The notes under the pieces were generated by a model that worked only from the letters and a program-made list of their open reading frames with translations, did no database searches and was not told the DNA's origin. A stretch of DNA of 48,154 bases. Origin: an uncultured Spirochaetaceae bacterium. GTDB lineage: Bacteria > Spirochaetota > Spirochaetia > CADAEX01. The stretch spans positions 1 to 48,154 of the forward strand of contig CADAEX010000003.1 in NCBI GenBank assembly GCA_902787125.1, given 5' to 3'. The translations under genes and the position numbers were made by a program. This document shows positions 19,189-28,722 of this stretch, piece by piece. How positions within the stretch are numbered: the stretch's first letter is position 1; each line of letters opens with the position of its first letter.

Positions 19189-21912
19189 ATGTTGCAGAAA
19201 GTTGTCGAGGCAATATTTGGATCCAAGCATGACAGGGATTTAAAGGCCCTTCTTCCTATATTACATAAGGTTAATGAGAAAGAGTCCTGGGCCATGGGGC
19301 TCAAGGATGATCAGTTCAAGGAAGTGACTCAGAATTTCAGAGAACGGCTTAAAGCGGGGGAGACTCTGGATGATATCCTGCCCGAGGCTTTTGCTCTTTG
19401 CCGTGAAGCTTCCCGCCGGGTGCTGGGCGAACGTCCATACGATGTGCAGATAATGGGCGGAATAGTGCTTCATCAGGGCAAGATCACAGAGATGAAGACT
19501 GGAGAGGGAAAGACTCTGGCCAGTGTCACAGCCGCATATCTTAACGCACTTTCGGGCAAAGGTGTCCATATAGTTACTGTAAACGACTACCTGGCTGAAC
19601 GTGATGCCCAGTGGATGGGCAAAGTCCATAATTTCCTGGGAATAACAGTGGGGACAGTCCTTTCCAATATGGACTTTGAGGCTAAACGGAAGGCATACAA
19701 CTGCGACATAACCTATGCCACCAACAACGAGCTCGGCTTTGACTACCTGCGGGACAACATGCGGTGGAGCGACGATCAGAAGGTTCAGCGTGGTCATAAC
19801 TTTGCCATTGTTGACGAGATAGACTCCATCCTTATCGATGAGGCAAGGACACCTCTTATCATCTCGGGTGCTGCCGAGGATGACACCAGCAAGTTCTATC
19901 AGGTGGATAAACTTATCCATTACCTGGATGAATGCAAGAAGAATCCGGAGACCGGTGAATATCCCGAGGAGGATAAAGATCTGGTGGGAGATTACAAGCT
20001 GGAAGAGAAGACCAAGCATGTTGTGTTCACCAATGACGGTATGAACAAGATTGAGTCCCTTCTGCTCAAAAACAAGTATATAGAAGGCTCCCTCTTCACC
20101 GACGACAACTTCGAATATATCCATTACTTCACCCAGGCCCTGAAGGCTCACAAACTGTTCCACCGGGATGTGGACTATGTAGTGCAGGCAGGGGAGGTTC
20201 AGATAGTAGATGAGTTCACCGGCCGTATCCTTACAGGAAGACGTTATTCCGACGGTCTCCATCAGGCTATTGAAGCCAAGGAGAAGATCAAGGTTGCCCG
20301 GAAGAACAGGACTCATGCCACCATTACTTTCCAGAACTACTTCAGGATGTACGACAAGCTCTCCGGTATGACCGGTACTGCAGATACCGAGGCACGGGAG
20401 TTCACCAAGATCTATGATCTGGATGTTGTTGTCCTTCCTACCAACCGTCCTGTTATCAGGGATGATATGGACGATGAGATTTATCTGAACGAGGAATATA
20501 AGTTCAAGGCTATATGCGACGAGATCTCAGCTGCCCATGCAAAGGGCCAGCCAGTGTTGGTGGGTACTGTCTCCATCGAGAAGTCGGAGCAGCTTTCATC
20601 CCTTCTTACCAAGCGGGGAATCCGCCACGAGGTGTTGAACGCCAAGAACCACGCCCGTGAGGCTATGATCATATCTGAAGCCGGTGCCAAAGGTTCTGTT
20701 ACTATTGCCACCAACATGGCTGGCCGTGGTACAGATATCAAGCTGGGGGGCAATCCGGAGTTCATGGCCCGGAAGATGTGTGGCACCGAGGCTGAGCCCG
20801 AAGAATACGAGAAAGCTCTGGCCAAGGCTACAGAGAAGTGGAAAGCTGATTACGAAGAGGTTAAATCTCTTGGCGGTCTCTATGTAATAGGTACCGAGCG
20901 CCATGAATCACGGCGTATCGACAACCAGCTCCGTGGACGGTCAGGCCGTCAGGGAGACCCTGGAAAATCCAAGTTCTACATCTCACTGGACGATACACTC
21001 ATGCGTCTTTTCGGAGGCGACAACCTTAAGTCAATGATGGCCCGCATAGGAATGAAAGGGGATGAGCCTATCCATCATCCATGGATAAGCAAATCTATAG
21101 AGAATGCACAGAAGCGGGTGGAGGAGCGTAACTACGAGATCCGTAAGCACCTCCTTGATTACGACAATGTGCTCAGTGAGCATCGTAAATATATCTACTC
21201 CAAGCGGGAAGAAGTTATTGCCGACAAAGACTTCATCGGCCATATAAAGAATATTATAGCTGAGTTTGCCGACGATCTTTTCGAGGGAATCAAGGAGATG
21301 TCTGAGGTGCCGGAGATCATCAAGCGGTTCCGGGAGACCCTCTATTACACACCTGATGCCCATATTGATGTGACACAGCCCAAGACATTGCCGGATCTTA
21401 AGCAGGCTATCCTGGACAACATCTATGGCGAGATGGATGACAAAGCTTCCAAAGTGGGGGTGGAGAACTTCAATATGTTTGCCAGGATGGAATATCTCCG
21501 TCTTATAGATATCAAGTGGCAGGAGCACCTTGAGAACCTGGATGCTCTGCGTGAGGCAGTGAACCTCCGGGCCTATGGTCAGAAAAACCCGCTTCTTGAG
21601 TATAAGCTTGAGGGCTTTGAGATCTTTGACAAGATGATAGATGATATCCGGAAGGTGATTGTACGCAAGGTCATTAATGTGAAGGTGGAGCGTTATTCAG
21701 AGCAACCGCGGCAGGTTCAGGCAGCATCGGTTGCAACTCATCAGGAGTCTTCCCAGTTCGATTCCCACCGGAACATGGCATCCCAGAGCGGAGCAGTCAC
21801 ATCCAATCCTACAGGAAATATTCAGGTGGTGCGCAGCACCCCGAAAGTGGGCCGCAACGACCCATGCCCCTGTGGCAGCGGAAAGAAATACAAGCACTGT
21901 CATGGTGCATAA
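19189..21912 (+). CDS. secA: preprotein translocase ATPase SecA
   Basis: 907 aa. It contains [28 protein letters not shown] and [19 protein letters not shown]. The C-terminal zinc-binding motif is [14 protein letters not shown]. Confidence 0.97.
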   Translation: MLQKVVEAIFGSKHDRDLKALLPILHKVNEKESWAMGLKDDQFKEVTQNFRERLKAGETLDDILPEAFALCREASRRVLGERPYDVQIMGGIVLHQGKITEMKTGEGKTLASVTAAYLNALSGKGVHIVTVNDYLAERDAQWMGKVHNFLGITVGTVLSNMDFEAKRKAYNCDITYATNNELGFDYLRDNMRWSDDQKVQRGHNFAIVDEIDSILIDEARTPLIISGAAEDDTSKFYQVDKLIHYLDECKKNPETGEYPEEDKDLVGDYKLEEKTKHVVFTNDGMNKIESLLLKNKYIEGSLFTDDNFEYIHYFTQALKAHKLFHRDVDYVVQAGEVQIVDEFTGRILTGRRYSDGLHQAIEAKEKIKVARKNRTHATITFQNYFRMYDKLSGMTGTADTEAREFTKIYDLDVVVLPTNRPVIRDDMDDEIYLNEEYKFKAICDEISAAHAKGQPVLVGTVSIEKSEQLSSLLTKRGIRHEVLNAKNHAREAMIISEAGAKGSVTIATNMAGRGTDIKLGGNPEFMARKMCGTEAEPEEYEKALAKATEKWKADYEEVKSLGGLYVIGTERHESRRIDNQLRGRSGRQGDPGKSKFYISLDDTLMRLFGGDNLKSMMARIGMKGDEPIHHPWISKSIENAQKRVEERNYEIRKHLLDYDNVLSEHRKYIYSKREEVIADKDFIGHIKNIIAEFADDLFEGIKEMSEVPEIIKRFRETLYYTPDAHIDVTQPKTLPDLKQAILDNIYGEMDDKASKVGVENFNMFARMEYLRLIDIKWQEHLENLDALREAVNLRAYGQKNPLLEYKLEGFEIFDKMIDDIRKVIVRKVINVKVERYSEQPRQVQAASVATHQESSQFDSHRNMASQSGAVTSNPTGNIQVVRSTPKVGRNDPCPCGSGKKYKHCHGA

Positions 21913-21923
21913 GGAGAGCATAA

Positions 21924-22541
21924 ATGATTAATACAGTAACTGAAATTGATGATATGGTGGCACTTATCCAGATCAACCCTGGTATCAGGATTTATTCCAC
22001 CGGCGGCACATACACCGCAATCAAGGGCTATTTAGGCTCTGCTGCCGACAAGAACCTTATCCAGGTTTCCGACTACACAAAGCAGCCTGAGATGCAGGGA
22101 GGTCTTGTAAAGACACTGGATTTCAAGATCTATCTGGGAATCCTTTCCGAGACCTACAACGATGCCCACAAGAAGGACATTGCCCGGACCAATGCCACAA
22201 TCTTTGATATGATAGTTGTAAACCTCTATCCATTCGAGAAGACAGTTGCAAAGGCAGAGTCCACATCAGAGAATGCCCGCGGAAACATCGATATCGGCGG
22301 CCCATGCATGCTCCGTGCTTCTGCAAAGAACTTCCTGAGAGTGGCTTCTGTCACAGATCCTGCAGACTATCCTGTTCTCCTTAAGAACCTTAAGGCCCAG
22401 AAGGGTGCCCTCAGCTTTGCGCAGCGGTTTGAGCTTGCCAAGAAGACATTCAGCACCACAGCAAAATATGACACAGCTATCAGTGCATATCTTGCAGGTC
22501 TTGCACCGGCTGATGCCGCCAAGGTATATAATCTTCACTAA
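21924..22541 (+). CDS. purH: IMP cyclohydrolase-like MGS domain protein (N-terminal half of PurH, encoded separately)
   Basis: 205 aa. It contains STGGT, VKTL, VVNLYPFEKT, NIDIGGPCMLRASAKN and DPADY, which are the IMPCH-domain blocks of PurH. It ends at TAA 22539-22541. Confidence 0.78.
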   Translation: MINTVTEIDDMVALIQINPGIRIYSTGGTYTAIKGYLGSAADKNLIQVSDYTKQPEMQGGLVKTLDFKIYLGILSETYNDAHKKDIARTNATIFDMIVVNLYPFEKTVAKAESTSENARGNIDIGGPCMLRASAKNFLRVASVTDPADYPVLLKNLKAQKGALSFAQRFELAKKTFSTTAKYDTAISAYLAGLAPADAAKVYNLH

Positions 22542-22552
22542 GGAGTCCGGCT

Positions 22553-23806
22553 ATGGCAGAAAATCTTAAGGATATGTACAAAAACATCAACAGAGACTCT
22601 TTCCCTCAGTTCATGGATATAAGCTTCAGGAACTCTGACAGCGACAGGCAGACCCTGTTCTACGAGAAAGTTCAGTGGGATATCGGTGGCGAGAAGCTGG
22701 GACTCCGTTACGGTGAGAACCCAGACCAGCCGGCTGCAATGTACAAGCTTATAAATGGCAATCTTGCCATCGGTGGAGTGGAGACTGTGCTCCAGGGCCG
22801 CTATCTGGCCTCTGATGTAGAGCTGCTTCAGTCAGGAAAGCACCCGGGAAAGATCAATATTACAGATGTGGACAACGGACTCAATATCCTCCGCTTCTTT
22901 TCCGAGACCCCTTGCAGTGTCATAATCAAGCATAACAACCCGTCTGGTGTTGCAAAGGGTGAGACACTGGCAGAGGCATTCCATAAATCCCTTATGGCAG
23001 ACCGCATTGCCGCATTCGGCGGTGCTGTAATCCTGAACAGAGAAGTGGATCTGGAGACTGCAGAGCAGGTGACAGAAGGCTATGTCGAGGTAGTTGCGGC
23101 ACCTGAATTCTCTCCGAAGGCTTTTGAGCTTTTCCAGAGCAAGAAGAATCTCCGTGTCATGCGGATCAAGAACATTGATAAGCTTCAGGATTTTGCCTAT
23201 TCCAGGTTCATGGACTTCAAATCTATCCTGGACGGTGGTGTCATCGCTCAGTGGTCATACCTTCCAAAGGCCAGGAAAAAGGAGGACTTCCTCCCGGCTG
23301 TATGCGAATACAAAGGAAAAGAATACAGGGTTAACCGGCAGCCTACCGACAAGGAGTTCGAGGATATTATCTTCGGCTGGCTGGTGGAGAGCGGTGTTAC
23401 CAGTAATTCTGTAATCTATGTTAAGGACGGAGTCACTGTTGGAATAGGAACCGGCGAGCAGGACCGGGTAGGTGTTGCCGAGATTGCCCGGGATAAGGCA
23501 TATAAGAAGATGTGCGACCGGATCTGCTGGGACCTCTACGAAAAGTCCTGGTATGAGCTTACAGATCCCGAGAAGCGTGCTTCTATTGAAGCTGTTGTAA
23601 AGGATGAGCACGGCGGACTTAAGGGAAGCATCATGGTTTCCGATGCATTCTTCCCGTTCAGGGACGGAATCGATATCGGCCTTAAAGAGGGAGTTACAGC
23701 TGTTGTACAGCCTGGAGGGTCCCTCCGTGACTTCGAATCCATAGAAGCCTGCAATGAATTCAATGCAGCCATGGTCTACACAGGCCAGAGGAGTTTCCGG
23801 CACTGA
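22553..23806 (+). CDS. purH: AICAR formyltransferase domain protein (C-terminal half of PurH, encoded separately)
   Basis: 417 aa with its own AAGGAG RBS. It contains LRYGENPDQPAA, IIKHNNPSGVA, GIGTGEQDRV, VSDAFFPFRDGI, VVQPGGSLRD and YTGQRSFRH. Confidence 0.85.
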   Translation: MAENLKDMYKNINRDSFPQFMDISFRNSDSDRQTLFYEKVQWDIGGEKLGLRYGENPDQPAAMYKLINGNLAIGGVETVLQGRYLASDVELLQSGKHPGKINITDVDNGLNILRFFSETPCSVIIKHNNPSGVAKGETLAEAFHKSLMADRIAAFGGAVILNREVDLETAEQVTEGYVEVVAAPEFSPKAFELFQSKKNLRVMRIKNIDKLQDFAYSRFMDFKSILDGGVIAQWSYLPKARKKEDFLPAVCEYKGKEYRVNRQPTDKEFEDIIFGWLVESGVTSNSVIYVKDGVTVGIGTGEQDRVGVAEIARDKAYKKMCDRICWDLYEKSWYELTDPEKRASIEAVVKDEHGGLKGSIMVSDAFFPFRDGIDIGLKEGVTAVVQPGGSLRDFESIEACNEFNAAMVYTGQRSFRH

Positions 23807-24936
23807 TGCTGAAGGGTCAGGTACGTTCCAGAATTCTTTTAATCCTCATGTTCTGCTGCCTTGCCGGTCTTCTTATATTCAATATAGTGACCCTGCAGGC
23901 TGTGAAAAAGGTTGGTGCCTCTGCCAAGGAGACAGCAGCGGCAGTTGGCAACCTGGATTATACCCTGCAGAACATGGGAGAAGATCTATCCGATGCCCGT
24001 AACGTACTTGGCCTCAAGATAAACAGCTATGGATCAGACTTGACCAAGGAGGCTCCCGAGGCTCCTGCTGATGACTATGCCTACTATTACAGCGCCCTGG
24101 ATCAGCTTATGTCAGAGTTCAGCGAATCCATGCTTAGGAAAGGATGCTCCTATTTCATGGAAAGCAAGGAGTGTCTGGACCTTTACCGCCAATATAACCT
24201 TACACCGGTGCAGAAGGGGAGAGATATACTCCTTTCAAGCGGTGGAAAGCTTTTCTACAGGCTCTCTATCCTGCCGTACACCACCGGAGGCAAGGTGCAG
24301 TTTGATACCGAGAGCTTTGACAGAGTATCCACTGCCAGAATAAGTACCGAAAGGGAGCTTGCTTCTTTTATACAAGCCAACAACATCCGTATTCAGGCCC
24401 ATTATGCTGCTCTTGAGCCTGTGGCTAAGAAGATGGATCAGTATTCCAGGAATCAGCAGCTTCTTTCTTATCTTTCGGAGCACAAGCTCTATATAAAGAA
24501 AAGAGATGCCGAGAATACTCAGACTGGCTACGACATACGCCGTACCGATGGTTCACTTCTCTGCAGTATGATGCTGGATCTGGTTGAGGGAAATATCACC
24601 CTTGGAAGCACCAGATGCAAGGATACAGATGAGCTTTGGGATAATCTTCTTAAGCTTCACACTATGTTCGATATCCGCACTGTCTCGGAGAAAAAGACAG
24701 AATCCAAGCTGGATGAGCTTTCTGCCATGGTCAAGGATCCAGCTTTTATGGCATTCCTTGAGACTAAAGGCTTTACAATTGCCCAGGAACCCAAGGAAAG
24801 CGATGAAAGCTACGACTTTGAGATCACAGACCGGGGCGGTTTTAAAATAGGAACCCTCTCCCTGGAAAAGGATACCGGCGAAGTCTACCTCTTTGACAGC
24901 GACAATGTAGTTGTCTCTTCCGTAAAAAAAAACTGA
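23806..24936 (+). CDS. membrane-anchored protein of unknown function, probably the N-terminal part of a frameshifted LCP-family gene
   Basis: 376 aa with a single N-terminal TM helix (RILLILMFCCLAGLLIFNIVTL). It ends ...VSSVKKN* inside or just after an A9 run (24924-24932). Confidence 0.6.
   Translation: MLKGQVRSRILLILMFCCLAGLLIFNIVTLQAVKKVGASAKETAAAVGNLDYTLQNMGEDLSDARNVLGLKINSYGSDLTKEAPEAPADDYAYYYSALDQLMSEFSESMLRKGCSYFMESKECLDLYRQYNLTPVQKGRDILLSSGGKLFYRLSILPYTTGGKVQFDTESFDRVSTARISTERELASFIQANNIRIQAHYAALEPVAKKMDQYSRNQQLLSYLSEHKLYIKKRDAENTQTGYDIRRTDGSLLCSMMLDLVEGNITLGSTRCKDTDELWDNLLKLHTMFDIRTVSEKKTESKLDELSAMVKDPAFMAFLETKGFTIAQEPKESDESYDFEITDRGGFKIGTLSLEKDTGEVYLFDSDNVVVSSVKKN
24924..24932 (+). 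repeat. A9 homopolymer at the junction of the two LCP gene fragments
   Basis: Nine consecutive A. One extra A would join frame 1 (upstream ORF) to frame 0 (LCP domain ORF). Confidence 0.95.
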
Positions 24937-24989
24937 ATTTTAATACAGGATCAGACTCTGACGGCAGATATACCATTCTTATCTGCGGA

Positions 24990-25751
24990 ATGAACCAGAG
25001 GAATACCGACACCCTTATTGTGGCCTCCCTGAATCTGAACTTGAATAAAGCCACCCTGATAAGCCTGCCGCGGGATCTTTTCTACAAGCGTACCAAGATC
25101 AACAGCATTTACCGCCGTTTCGGGGCAGATACCCTTAAGAACACAGTCTCTGAAATCACCGGACTCAGGATTGATAAATATGTGATGGTTGATATGTATG
25201 CCTTTGCCGAACTTATTAATGTGCTTGGTGGAATTGATGTGGAGCTTACCGAGCCTCTTGTGGATCCTACCTATAGGGTTAGAGATGAGAACGGCAAGTG
25301 GTCCACCCTCTATTATCCGGCAGGAGTGCATCATGTCAACGGCGTTCAGGCGCTGCGTATTGCCAGAGCCCGGCATTATACTCCGGTATTCTCCCGGGAT
25401 TTGCGGCAGCAGCAGATTCTCAAGGCTGTCAAGGATAAGCTTCAGTCCATTGGACTTTCCGATATAAACAGGCTGGGCAGAATCATAAAGCTGGGGTTCA
25501 GATATGTGGAGACTGATATATCCTGGCTTGAGGCTTTCAGCCTTTACCGCAGCTGTCAGGATATAACTATCATCCAGGCCGTGCTAAGCACAAACAATGT
25601 ACTTTGTGCCACTTACACCAATCTGCTTGCTACAGGATTGGCCGAGGATCAGGTGGACCAGGAGTTTGACAAAGGTGCCTGGATTGTGATTCCCCTTGAC
25701 AACGACTGGAAAGTTGTTAAAAAATTCATTGAGGAAAAGTTGGCTGAATGA
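24990..25751 (+). CDS. LytR-CpsA-Psr (LCP) family domain, as called from its first ATG (N-terminally incomplete)
   Basis: The LCP signature YTILICG-MNQRNTDTLIVASLNLN...LISLPRD starts upstream of the ATG. The same frame is open back to 24897 with no canonical start codon. Confidence 0.75.
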   Translation: MNQRNTDTLIVASLNLNLNKATLISLPRDLFYKRTKINSIYRRFGADTLKNTVSEITGLRIDKYVMVDMYAFAELINVLGGIDVELTEPLVDPTYRVRDENGKWSTLYYPAGVHHVNGVQALRIARARHYTPVFSRDLRQQQILKAVKDKLQSIGLSDINRLGRIIKLGFRYVETDISWLEAFSLYRSCQDITIIQAVLSTNNVLCATYTNLLATGLAEDQVDQEFDKGAWIVIPLDNDWKVVKKFIEEKLAE

Positions 25752-27037
25752 AAAAGTATTTTCTTGAGACATATGGCTGTCAGATGAACAAGGCAGAGTC
25801 CGATTCCCTTGAGCTTATACTCCAGAAAAGGGGCTGGGAGAGCTGCAGTTCCGACAGCCAGGCTGATCTCATTATCATAAACACATGCTCTGTACGTCAG
25901 ACTGCAGAAGACCGTATCTGGGGCCGTATAGGCTATTTCAAGAAACTTAAGGAGAGCCATGACTTCAAGCTGGTTATAATAGGCTGCATGGCCCAGCGGA
26001 TAAAGGAAGAGCTCTACACCACCTGCAGGGGAACTGTGGATCTGGTTCTGGGAACTCTGGAGAAGAACAATATACTTGAGTATCTGGAAGGACTGCCGGA
26101 AAAGGATGAAGGCACCTATACTTTCCAGGAATACCATTCCGATGGCAGGAGCTTCAAGACATTTGTCCCGATCATGCATGGCTGCAACAACTTCTGCTCC
26201 TACTGCATAGTTCCGTATGTACGGGGCCGTGAGGTATCCAGGTCTGCTGAAGATATACTCCATGAGATTGAGTTCCTTGAGCAGCATAATGTGAGGGAGA
26301 TAACCCTTTTAGGACAGAATGTCAACTCATACCGGGGCACATATAAGGGGAGTGAGATATCATTTCCGGAGCTTTTAGACCTTATCTGCAGCCACATAAG
26401 CTCCATAGGGTGGGTCCGTTTTCTCTCTTCCCATCCCAAGGATTTCAGCTCGAAGCTGATTGACACCATAGCGGCAAATCCTCAGGTCTGCCGTCATATA
26501 CACCTCCCTGTCCAGCATGGCAGCAACCGTATTCTGGAGCTTATGAACCGGCGTTACACCAAGGAGCACTATCTGGATATAGTGTCGGAGATCAAGGATA
26601 AGATTCCCGGAGTCTCCCTTACCACCGATATTCTGATCGGATTCCCGGGGGAAACTGAGGCGGATCTGGATGCTACTTTGGATCTTATGAGACAGGTGCG
26701 CTACATAGATGCCTACACTTACTATTATAACCCCCGTGAAGGTACCAAGGCCTGCACCATGGCCGACAGCCTGCCCCTCGAGACAAAGCTTAAGAGGCTT
26801 GAGAAGGTCATAGCCCTTCAGCACCGTATCAGCGCAGAGGAGAAGGAGAAGAAGGTGGGCCAGGTGAAGCGTGTTCTGGTGGAATCTGTCTCCAAGAAGG
26901 ACAAAACCGAGATGCTGGGACGCACTGAGGGGGATGAGATGGTTGTTTTTCCCGAAAAATATGATACAATAGGTAAGTTCATTGATGTTAAGCTTCTTTC
27001 CTGCAACGGAAATACATACAAAGGAGTCAGAGTATGA
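25748..27037 (+). CDS. miaB: tRNA (N6-isopentenyl adenosine(37)-C2)-methylthiotransferase
   Basis: 429 aa. It has the UPF0004 N-domain (ETYGCQMN, INTCSVR), the radical-SAM motif CNNFCSYCIVP and a C-terminal TRAM domain. There is an ATGA overlap with the upstream gene. Confidence 0.92.
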   Translation: MKKYFLETYGCQMNKAESDSLELILQKRGWESCSSDSQADLIIINTCSVRQTAEDRIWGRIGYFKKLKESHDFKLVIIGCMAQRIKEELYTTCRGTVDLVLGTLEKNNILEYLEGLPEKDEGTYTFQEYHSDGRSFKTFVPIMHGCNNFCSYCIVPYVRGREVSRSAEDILHEIEFLEQHNVREITLLGQNVNSYRGTYKGSEISFPELLDLICSHISSIGWVRFLSSHPKDFSSKLIDTIAANPQVCRHIHLPVQHGSNRILELMNRRYTKEHYLDIVSEIKDKIPGVSLTTDILIGFPGETEADLDATLDLMRQVRYIDAYTYYYNPREGTKACTMADSLPLETKLKRLEKVIALQHRISAEEKEKKVGQVKRVLVESVSKKDKTEMLGRTEGDEMVVFPEKYDTIGKFIDVKLLSCNGNTYKGVRV

Positions 27038-27327
27038 GATTCAGGATGATATTGTTTGTGATCTTCATCTGTTTTTACGCCCTTTTTGCGGCCCTTAACC
27101 TATCCAATTCCGCCGATATCAACTTCGGATTCATATCATTCACCAAGGTTCCGGTATTTCTTGCTGTGACAGTAGCTTTTGCGGCAGGAACCCTGTTCAT
27201 GCTTCCTTTTGCCCTTGTCAGGAGAAAACCTAAGGAGAAGAAGGAAAAGCCCATAAAGGAAAAGAAGAAAAAAGGCAAAGGAAATGATGTTCCAGTTGAG
27301 CAGTCTGAAAACAATCTGCCGTTATAA
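27034..27327 (+). CDS. LapA-like (DUF1049-type) small membrane protein with a Lys/Glu-rich tail
   Basis: 97 aa with two TM helices, followed by RRKPKEKKEKPIKEKKKKGKG. There is an ATGA overlap with miaB. Confidence 0.55.
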   Translation: MRFRMILFVIFICFYALFAALNLSNSADINFGFISFTKVPVFLAVTVAFAAGTLFMLPFALVRRKPKEKKEKPIKEKKKKGKGNDVPVEQSENNLPL

Positions 27328-28291
27328 CTTAATTCTCATTCTGCTGCTGTTTTCCACATCGTTGTGGGGAGCTGAGCTTGATCAGTACTATAAGACTCTC
27401 CAGAACCGCCAGGAGGTGCCGGACAAGGCTCTGAACGAGATTTTCAGGCAGGAGACCAGCGCCAGCAAGATTCTGGAGGCTGTAGGTTCCTGCAAGGAGA
27501 GAATCCAGGCTAAGTACGATATCTTTACAAAGGCTGCCAACCTGGCGCTGATGTGCGGCAAGTTTGACCTGGCCCAGCAGTATTTCCAGCTGGCCTTTGA
27601 TGCGGATCAGGAGGCCTGGTATTCCTTGTACATGTCTGCCGCGCTCCTTTACGAGCAGGGGGAGTTTGAGCTCCCTTATCTTAAGTTCAGGGTGGTGCAG
27701 GAGAAAGCAGGTGCCCCTCTTAAGGACAAAGCCAAGGCAATGGAAGGGGCAGTGCTCCTTTCCCAGGGTGAATCAAACAAGGGTATAAGGCAGCTTGCAT
27801 CCTGTCTTGCCACCAGCTCAGATGACAGTGTCCTCTATCTTGTATATGACATTGCATCAACTTTTTCTTTGTCAGAGATAAAAGCTGCTGCAGCCAAAAA
27901 GCTTAAGGCCGAGGGCTTTGAAGGCCGTCTGGCATCAGACAAGGCTGCATTCCCTATAACTCCATCCCGTATATTTCTCTCATCAGATTATTCTGTCACG
28001 ACTATAAGCAAAGCCGAGGAGAGCCAGACCCGCACCTCCAGCAAGGAAGAGCAGGATGCATCTGTACGCCGTCCTGTAGCAATCCAGGTGGGATCCTTCG
28101 GAAACGAGACCAATGCCAGGAATATGGAGAAAAAGCTTAAGGCCTTGGGGGTGAAGCCTTCGGTGAATGCGGTAAAGTCAGGGGATAAGACTCTCTATAA
28201 GGTCTCTATACCTGTTGATGCAGATATGGATGTGAATAATACCGTGCTTCTGCTTAAGGACAACGGTATAGAATCATACTACGTCTTTTAA
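27284..28291 (+). CDS. SPOR-domain protein with a TPR-like N-terminal region
   Basis: 335 aa with a signal or anchor segment (ILILLLFSTSLWGA). The C-terminal SPOR domain is VAIQVGSFGNETNARNMEKKLKALG...YKVSIPV. Confidence 0.7.
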   Translation: MMFQLSSLKTICRYNLILILLLFSTSLWGAELDQYYKTLQNRQEVPDKALNEIFRQETSASKILEAVGSCKERIQAKYDIFTKAANLALMCGKFDLAQQYFQLAFDADQEAWYSLYMSAALLYEQGEFELPYLKFRVVQEKAGAPLKDKAKAMEGAVLLSQGESNKGIRQLASCLATSSDDSVLYLVYDIASTFSLSEIKAAAAKKLKAEGFEGRLASDKAAFPITPSRIFLSSDYSVTTISKAEESQTRTSSKEEQDASVRRPVAIQVGSFGNETNARNMEKKLKALGVKPSVNAVKSGDKTLYKVSIPVDADMDVNNTVLLLKDNGIESYYVF

Positions 28292-28633
28292 TTTTTCCTT
28301 AAGGTCTGCCACAAAGCTTCTGGTATCTGTATGCCATGGAAGAAGGTCGACTCCTAAGAATTCAGCCTTAGAACTGTCATTTATTAAAAATGTACGACCA
28401 AAAAGTAGTATAAATTTACAATTATTTAAATTATACTTTGAAAAAAGATAGACACTTTCCCAGTAGTCTGGATAATCATCATAGTTGAACAGAATCACAT
28501 CAGGGTTCTTTTTTCCCATCTGATCCAGGGCAGCTATAGGATTATTGTGGAGCACCAGATTATGCTCCGGGGTGGCAGAGCGTTGAATCGCCTGCTGAAG
28601 ATTCTGGTTTTCTACAATACTGAAAATTGTCAT
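28274..28633 (-). CDS. small cytoplasmic protein with a receiver-like alpha/beta pattern (hypothetical)
   Basis: The start at ATG 28633 (MTIFSIVENQ...) has GAGG 8 nt upstream. The ORF-track start at 28660 adds 9 residues. The canonical phospho-acceptor Asp is not evident (DVILFNYDD). Confidence 0.5.
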   Translation of the reverse strand: MTIFSIVENQNLQQAIQRSATPEHNLVLHNNPIAALDQMGKKNPDVILFNYDDYPDYWESVYLFSKYNLNNCKFILLFGRTFLINDSSKAEFLGVDLLPWHTDTRSFVADLKEKLKDVV

Positions 28634-28722
28634 ATGATTCCTCATCTCATTATCCCACACATTTGTTCTTTAATCTATATTTAAATTATACTTTTTTTAT
28701 GTTATCTTGTTCTTGTGAAATT

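Noticed and set aside
28627-28722. A 32-residue N-terminal extension of mfd in the ORF track (MSYDSSSHYPTHLFF...).
   Set aside because: The extension is non-conserved and would overlap the start of the divergent gene and the shared promoter region. The conserved Mfd N-terminus begins at ATG 28723 (or 28699).
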